DNA of 64,000 nucleotides from Alphaproteobacteria bacterium (GTDB lineage Bacteria; Pseudomonadota; Alphaproteobacteria; RF32; CAG-239): NCBI GenBank assembly GCA_900769705.1, contig CAAGHP010000020.1, positions 94,974 to 158,973 of the forward strand, read 5' to 3'. Shown piece by piece: positions 59,540 to 64,000 of this stretch (position 1 is its first letter; each line of letters starts with the position of its first letter). The notes under the pieces were generated by a model. It saw only the letters and a program-made list of their open reading frames with translations, ran no database searches and was not told where the DNA came from. The position numbers and the translations under genes were made by a program.

Positions 59540-62500
59540 ATGAAAGACCCTAAGTTTATACATTTGCGTGTTCACACCGCTTATTCTTTATCGCTTGGCG
59601 CTATGTTGGTGCCCAAGCTTGTGCATAAAATGCATGATTTAGGGATTCCTTGTTGCGCTATTACCGACAGAGGTAATTTATTTGGCGGTAAATGTTTCTC
59701 AAAATATGCCTCAGATGAGGGAATTAAGCCGATTCTCGGTTCTGAACTCTGCGTGCATAATGAGGATTCGGAAAATTTAGCCCTGTCTAAAGGCAAAGAG
59801 CTTCCGCCGGATAGAATTATATTGCTGGTAAAAGATGAAACCGGTTATAAATCTATCATGAAAATGTTCCGCCGCTATTATCTGGATAACATGGAGCACA
59901 GCGACACGCCGCAGCTTACTATGCAAAATTTGCGTGATTTCAGCGATGGGCTTATTTGTTTTACCGGTGGCTATGAGGGGCCAATCGGGCGTTTGATTTT
60001 ACAAAACCGCAAGGATGAAGCCGAGAAAAAACTGCTTGAATACAAAGAGATTTTCGGCGACAGATTATACATGGAAATTTCTCGTGTCGGCTATGAAGAA
60101 GAAAAAAAGACTGAGCCGATATTCTTAGAGCTTGCCTATAAACATAATATTCCTCTGGTGGCAACAAACGATGTTTTCTTTTTTGATGAAAGCATGTATG
60201 AGGCGCATGATGCGCTTTGTTGCATTGCCGCCGGAGAATATGTGGCAAATGAAAACCGCCGCAAATATCTTCCGGGCAACCATTGGCGAACTGAAGCTGA
60301 AATGGTGGAATTATTTGCAGATATTCCGGAAGCAGTTGAAAATACGGTCAATATTGCCAAGCGATGTAATTACCTTTCCTATAAAATGGAGCCTCTTCTG
60401 CCGATATTTATTTGCCCTGAGGGCAAAACTCAGGATGAGTTTATTACCGAAGAAGCCTATAAAGGCCTAAACGAGCGTATGAAAATCCAAGTTTATCACG
60501 ACGGAATGAGTGCGGAAGAACGCGCCGAAACAGACAGGCATTATTATGAGCGCTTAGATTATGAATTAAGCGTTATCAAAAAAATGGGGTTTCCGGGCTA
60601 TTTTCTTATCGTGTCAGACTTCATTCGCTGGTCTAAAACTCATGGTGTGCCGATTGGCCCGGGCCGTGGTTCCGGTGCCGGTTCCATTGTGGCGTGGGCG
60701 CTGAAAATTACTGACTTGGACCCGATTCGCTTAGATTTACTTTTTGAAAGATTTTTGAATCCGGAGCGTGTTAATATGCCGGATTTTGATGTGGATTTGT
60801 GTCAGGAAAACCGCCATAAAACCATTGAATATGTGCAGAAAAAATATGGTTACGACCATGTGGCACAAATTATTACTTATGGTAAATTGCAGTCAAAAGC
60901 CGTGATTCGCGATGTGGCGCGCGTGTTGCAAATGCCATATAGCCAGGCGGATAGAATTTCTAAGATGATTCCGCCGGGGCAGGGCGGTAAAAACCCGACT
61001 TTACAGGAAGCCTTAGACCAAGTTTCGGAGCTTGAAGAAATGCGGGTAAAAGATCCGCAAATCAACAAGCTGTTTGATATTGCCATGAAACTTGAGGGGT
61101 TATACCGCAACTCCGGCATGCATGCCGCCGGCGTGGTTATCGGCGACAGACCGCTTGACCAGCTGGTGCCGCTTTATAAGGACCCGCGCGCTGAAATGCC
61201 GGTAACTCAATATGATATGAAGTTTGTGGAAGAAACCGGTTTAATCAAATTTGACTTTTTGGGATTAAAAACCCTAACGGTTATTAAACGCGCTGTGGAC
61301 TGGGTAAAGAAAACCCACGGCATAGAGCTGGATATGGCGGCTGTTCCTTTGGATGATAAGCCGACATATGAACTTATGCAAGAGGGCAATACCAGCGCTA
61401 TTTTTCAATTTGAATCTTCCGGCATGCGCGATGTAATGAAGCAAATCAAGCCTGACCGTTTTGAAGATTTAATCGCTGTTATTTCTCTTTACCGTCCGGG
61501 GCCGATGGACAATATTCCGACTTATATCAATCGCAAGCACGGACGTGAGGAAATCAAATATCTGCATCCGGATTTGGAACCGATTTTAGGCGAAACTTAC
61601 GGAATTATGGTGTACCAAGAGCAAGTGATGAAAATCGCTCAGGTTTTAGGTGGATATACGCTTGGCGGCGCTGATAAACTGCGTAAAGTTATGGGTAAAA
61701 AAATGCGTGATGAAATTCCGCATCAACGCCAAATGTTTACCGACGGCGCTATCAAAAAAGGTATAGACGGCGAAGTCGCTAAGACGATTTTTGACCAAAT
61801 GGAAAAGTTTGCTTCTTATGGTTTCAACAAATCGCACGCCGCCGCATATTCGCTGATTTCTTATCAAACAGCGTATTTAAAAGCCCACTATCCGGTTGAA
61901 TTTATGTGCGCCATTATGGATTTTGATATAACTAACACCGATAAGGTTTTATTCTATACCGAAGAGTTCAAAAAAATGGGCTACAAGGTGCTGTCGCCGG
62001 ATATCAATATGTCTAATGCCTTGTTTAAGGTAGAAGGAAACAACATTCGCTTTGCTTTGGCCGGCTTAAAAGGCGTGGGCGAAGCCAATATGAACGCTAT
62101 TGTTGAAGAACGTGAAAAAAATGGAAAATTCAAAGATTTATCAGATTTTATCCATCGCGTTGATGTTAAACAGATAAACCGCAAGCAGCTTGAGCAGCTG
62201 ATAAAAGCCGGCGCATTTGATTGTTTGGATACAAACCGCGGTAAGCTTTTTGTTAATATTGAAAATATAATGCGTCACATGGCTGCAGCGGCAGAATTAA
62301 AAAACAGTAATCAAACATCATTATTTGGCAGCGAAGAGCTTAATGCTAAAGTAAAATTGCAGGAAAAACCGGATTGGCCCGCTTTGGAACGCTTGCAGTT
62401 TGAGGCGGAAGCCATTGGTTTTTATTTATCTTCACATCCGCTGGATGTCTATCGCGAGAGTATGGAGCGTCTTGGTATTACTACATACGCCGATGCCATA

Positions 62501-63013
62501 AAAGGAATAAAGACAGGCGACACGATTTATGCTAACTTAGCCGGCTGTCTGCAAAGTTTTCAAAAGAAAATAAGTAAAAGCGGTAAGCCGTTTGCCTTTG
62601 TAAAACTTTCTGATACAACTTCGGCATACGAGGGCTTGTTATTTTCGGACGGAATTACTAAATTTGAACAAGCTCTCAACAGCGGTTTGCCTCTTTATGC
62701 AAAAGTGAAGATAGAAAAGCAGTCTGACGATATGCCGCCGAGAATGCTGTTTAATGTGATAAAAACGTTAGATGATGAAATAGCAGAAAATTCAAAAGGT
62801 TTGGTCATTGTTGTAAACAGCGTTGAGGCTGTTCGTCCGATTCGCGAAGCTTTGTCGCATGAGCACTATGGAACCAACAAAGTATATATCAAGCCGGAAA
62901 ATGATGAATGGGACATTCGTATAGAATTGAAAAACGGGTATGCTTTGGCTGATGGAAACTTACTTTCTACAATCCGCGCTATAGCCGGTGTAACTTTTGT
63001 AAAGGAAATATAA
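59540..63013 (+). CDS. dnaE: DNA polymerase III alpha subunit
   Basis: N-terminal PHP (FIHLRVHTAYSL), the palm/fingers signature GFPGYFLIVSDFI...PIGPGRGSGAGS, and an OB domain. Start placed at the first ATG (MKDPKF). The ORF track extends it to a GTG. Confidence 0.95.
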   Translation: MKDPKFIHLRVHTAYSLSLGAMLVPKLVHKMHDLGIPCCAITDRGNLFGGKCFSKYASDEGIKPILGSELCVHNEDSENLALSKGKELPPDRIILLVKDETGYKSIMKMFRRYYLDNMEHSDTPQLTMQNLRDFSDGLICFTGGYEGPIGRLILQNRKDEAEKKLLEYKEIFGDRLYMEISRVGYEEEKKTEPIFLELAYKHNIPLVATNDVFFFDESMYEAHDALCCIAAGEYVANENRRKYLPGNHWRTEAEMVELFADIPEAVENTVNIAKRCNYLSYKMEPLLPIFICPEGKTQDEFITEEAYKGLNERMKIQVYHDGMSAEERAETDRHYYERLDYELSVIKKMGFPGYFLIVSDFIRWSKTHGVPIGPGRGSGAGSIVAWALKITDLDPIRLDLLFERFLNPERVNMPDFDVDLCQENRHKTIEYVQKKYGYDHVAQIITYGKLQSKAVIRDVARVLQMPYSQADRISKMIPPGQGGKNPTLQEALDQVSELEEMRVKDPQINKLFDIAMKLEGLYRNSGMHAAGVVIGDRPLDQLVPLYKDPRAEMPVTQYDMKFVEETGLIKFDFLGLKTLTVIKRAVDWVKKTHGIELDMAAVPLDDKPTYELMQEGNTSAIFQFESSGMRDVMKQIKPDRFEDLIAVISLYRPGPMDNIPTYINRKHGREEIKYLHPDLEPILGETYGIMVYQEQVMKIAQVLGGYTLGGADKLRKVMGKKMRDEIPHQRQMFTDGAIKKGIDGEVAKTIFDQMEKFASYGFNKSHAAAYSLISYQTAYLKAHYPVEFMCAIMDFDITNTDKVLFYTEEFKKMGYKVLSPDINMSNALFKVEGNNIRFALAGLKGVGEANMNAIVEEREKNGKFKDLSDFIHRVDVKQINRKQLEQLIKAGAFDCLDTNRGKLFVNIENIMRHMAAAAELKNSNQTSLFGSEELNAKVKLQEKPDWPALERLQFEAEAIGFYLSSHPLDVYRESMERLGITTYADAIKGIKTGDTIYANLAGCLQSFQKKISKSGKPFAFVKLSDTTSAYEGLLFSDGITKFEQALNSGLPLYAKVKIEKQSDDMPPRMLFNVIKTLDDEIAENSKGLVIVVNSVEAVRPIREALSHEHYGTNKVYIKPENDEWDIRIELKNGYALADGNLLSTIRAIAGVTFVKEI

Positions 63014-63014
63014 A

Positions 63015-63956
63015 ATGAAATTAACATTCCCTAAAATTATATACAAAACGGCAGTCTTGCTTAAAAATATAAGCGGAAACTTGAAAATACCAGCATTTTA
63101 TGCGGCTGTTTTATGTGTTTTGGCCTTTTTAACAGGATTTCCTATGTCTTGCCAGCTGGGTAGAGAAGGCGTCTGGTGGTGCTATCTTGAAAAAAATAAC
63201 AGTGAAATGCCGTTGTATTCTTTTATATTATGTAAGCTTTTACTTTTATTTGTTTGCTGTTCATTTTTTGTAGATTTTTATAATACGGCGTTTAACAAAA
63301 AAATTTTCAGTTGGAAAAATCCGGTTTTATTTAACTCCGAACGCTTAAAGAAAATCGGTTTGCTGTTTGGAACTTTGCTTGTTTTGGTTGCGCCGATTGC
63401 ATTGGCTTTTGCTATTTTTTTGAAAAAAGCCAATCCTGACTGGCGGATTGAGTTTATATATTTTGTAATTATGTTTATTTGCTGCTGGATACCGTTTATT
63501 GTTATACGCTTGTCGGCAATTATAAGTTATTTTTTGAGTGATGGAAAATTTCCGTCTTTGAAAGTTTTATGGCAAAAAACCGAAGACAGAAATTTCAGCA
63601 TTATTTTTTCGTATGTGTTAATTTTTGTTATTTTGAACTTTTTATCTTTGCAGATTTCATATATTTTAAGATTATTGATGCTGAAATATTTTTATTTTTC
63701 AACAGCGCTAATTACTGAGTTTTTCAGCAATTTATTTATTTTGTTTACCGAAATTGTATTTATGATGCTGTTCCGTTCTATGCACGAAATTTTGGAGTCC
63801 GAAAATTCGAGCCCGTCAGATGAAAATTCAGCTATGGATTCGCAAAAAAATGATAGAACATTGCCGGAAGCTGAAAACGATAGCTCGAGAGTCAAAAAAT
63901 CGGCTAAAAAAGCAAAATCGGCAGAATCTCGCAAAAATAACAAGGAAAAGAAGTAA
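63015..63956 (+). CDS. Hypothetical polytopic membrane protein with a Lys/Ser-rich acidic C-terminal tail
   Basis: Six to seven hydrophobic helices. No motif recognised. Confidence 0.45.
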   Translation: MKLTFPKIIYKTAVLLKNISGNLKIPAFYAAVLCVLAFLTGFPMSCQLGREGVWWCYLEKNNSEMPLYSFILCKLLLLFVCCSFFVDFYNTAFNKKIFSWKNPVLFNSERLKKIGLLFGTLLVLVAPIALAFAIFLKKANPDWRIEFIYFVIMFICCWIPFIVIRLSAIISYFLSDGKFPSLKVLWQKTEDRNFSIIFSYVLIFVILNFLSLQISYILRLLMLKYFYFSTALITEFFSNLFILFTEIVFMMLFRSMHEILESENSSPSDENSAMDSQKNDRTLPEAENDSSRVKKSAKKAKSAESRKNNKEKK

Positions 63957-64000
63957 ATTAAAAGAGCTGAGTTAAAACTCAGCTCTTTGTAAAATATTAT

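Overview
This window reads as an origin-proximal chromosomal segment of a low-GC alphaproteobacterium with a reduced genome, in the style of Rickettsiales or Holosporales. It is dominated by conserved housekeeping synteny. These blocks are secB–tim44–mltA–smr, ppdK, rho, coaE–dnaQ, psd–pssA, lepA, cmk, lysS, dusB–trkA, typA and mnmE–mnmG–rsmG–parA–parB–dnaE. RNA genes are tRNA-Leu(TAA), tRNA-Glu(TTC) and tRNA-Thr(GGT) on the minus strand, the last carrying an upstream 36-nt direct repeat of its own 5' half. I saw no rRNA, CRISPR array, transposase or integrase. Accessory content is a 1713-aa autotransporter with an odd N-terminus, several signal-peptide or lipoprotein orphans, a pentapeptide-repeat protein, an Hsp20 gene preceded by a coupled 47-aa CGCGC micro-ORF, and a two-gene orphan module (Cys-rich protein plus a 646-aa HExxH protein) between typA and mnmE. 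Regulatory signals I can read directly are three perfect parS sites embedded in mnmE, mnmG and rsmG, and a 430-bp AT-rich divergent intergenic region (rho <> coaE) carrying DnaA boxes and TTAA-N7-TTAA motifs, which is a plausible oriC. Several intrinsic terminators are also visible. All product calls come from motifs recognised by eye in the translated ORFs, with no database search. Gene starts are approximate where noted.
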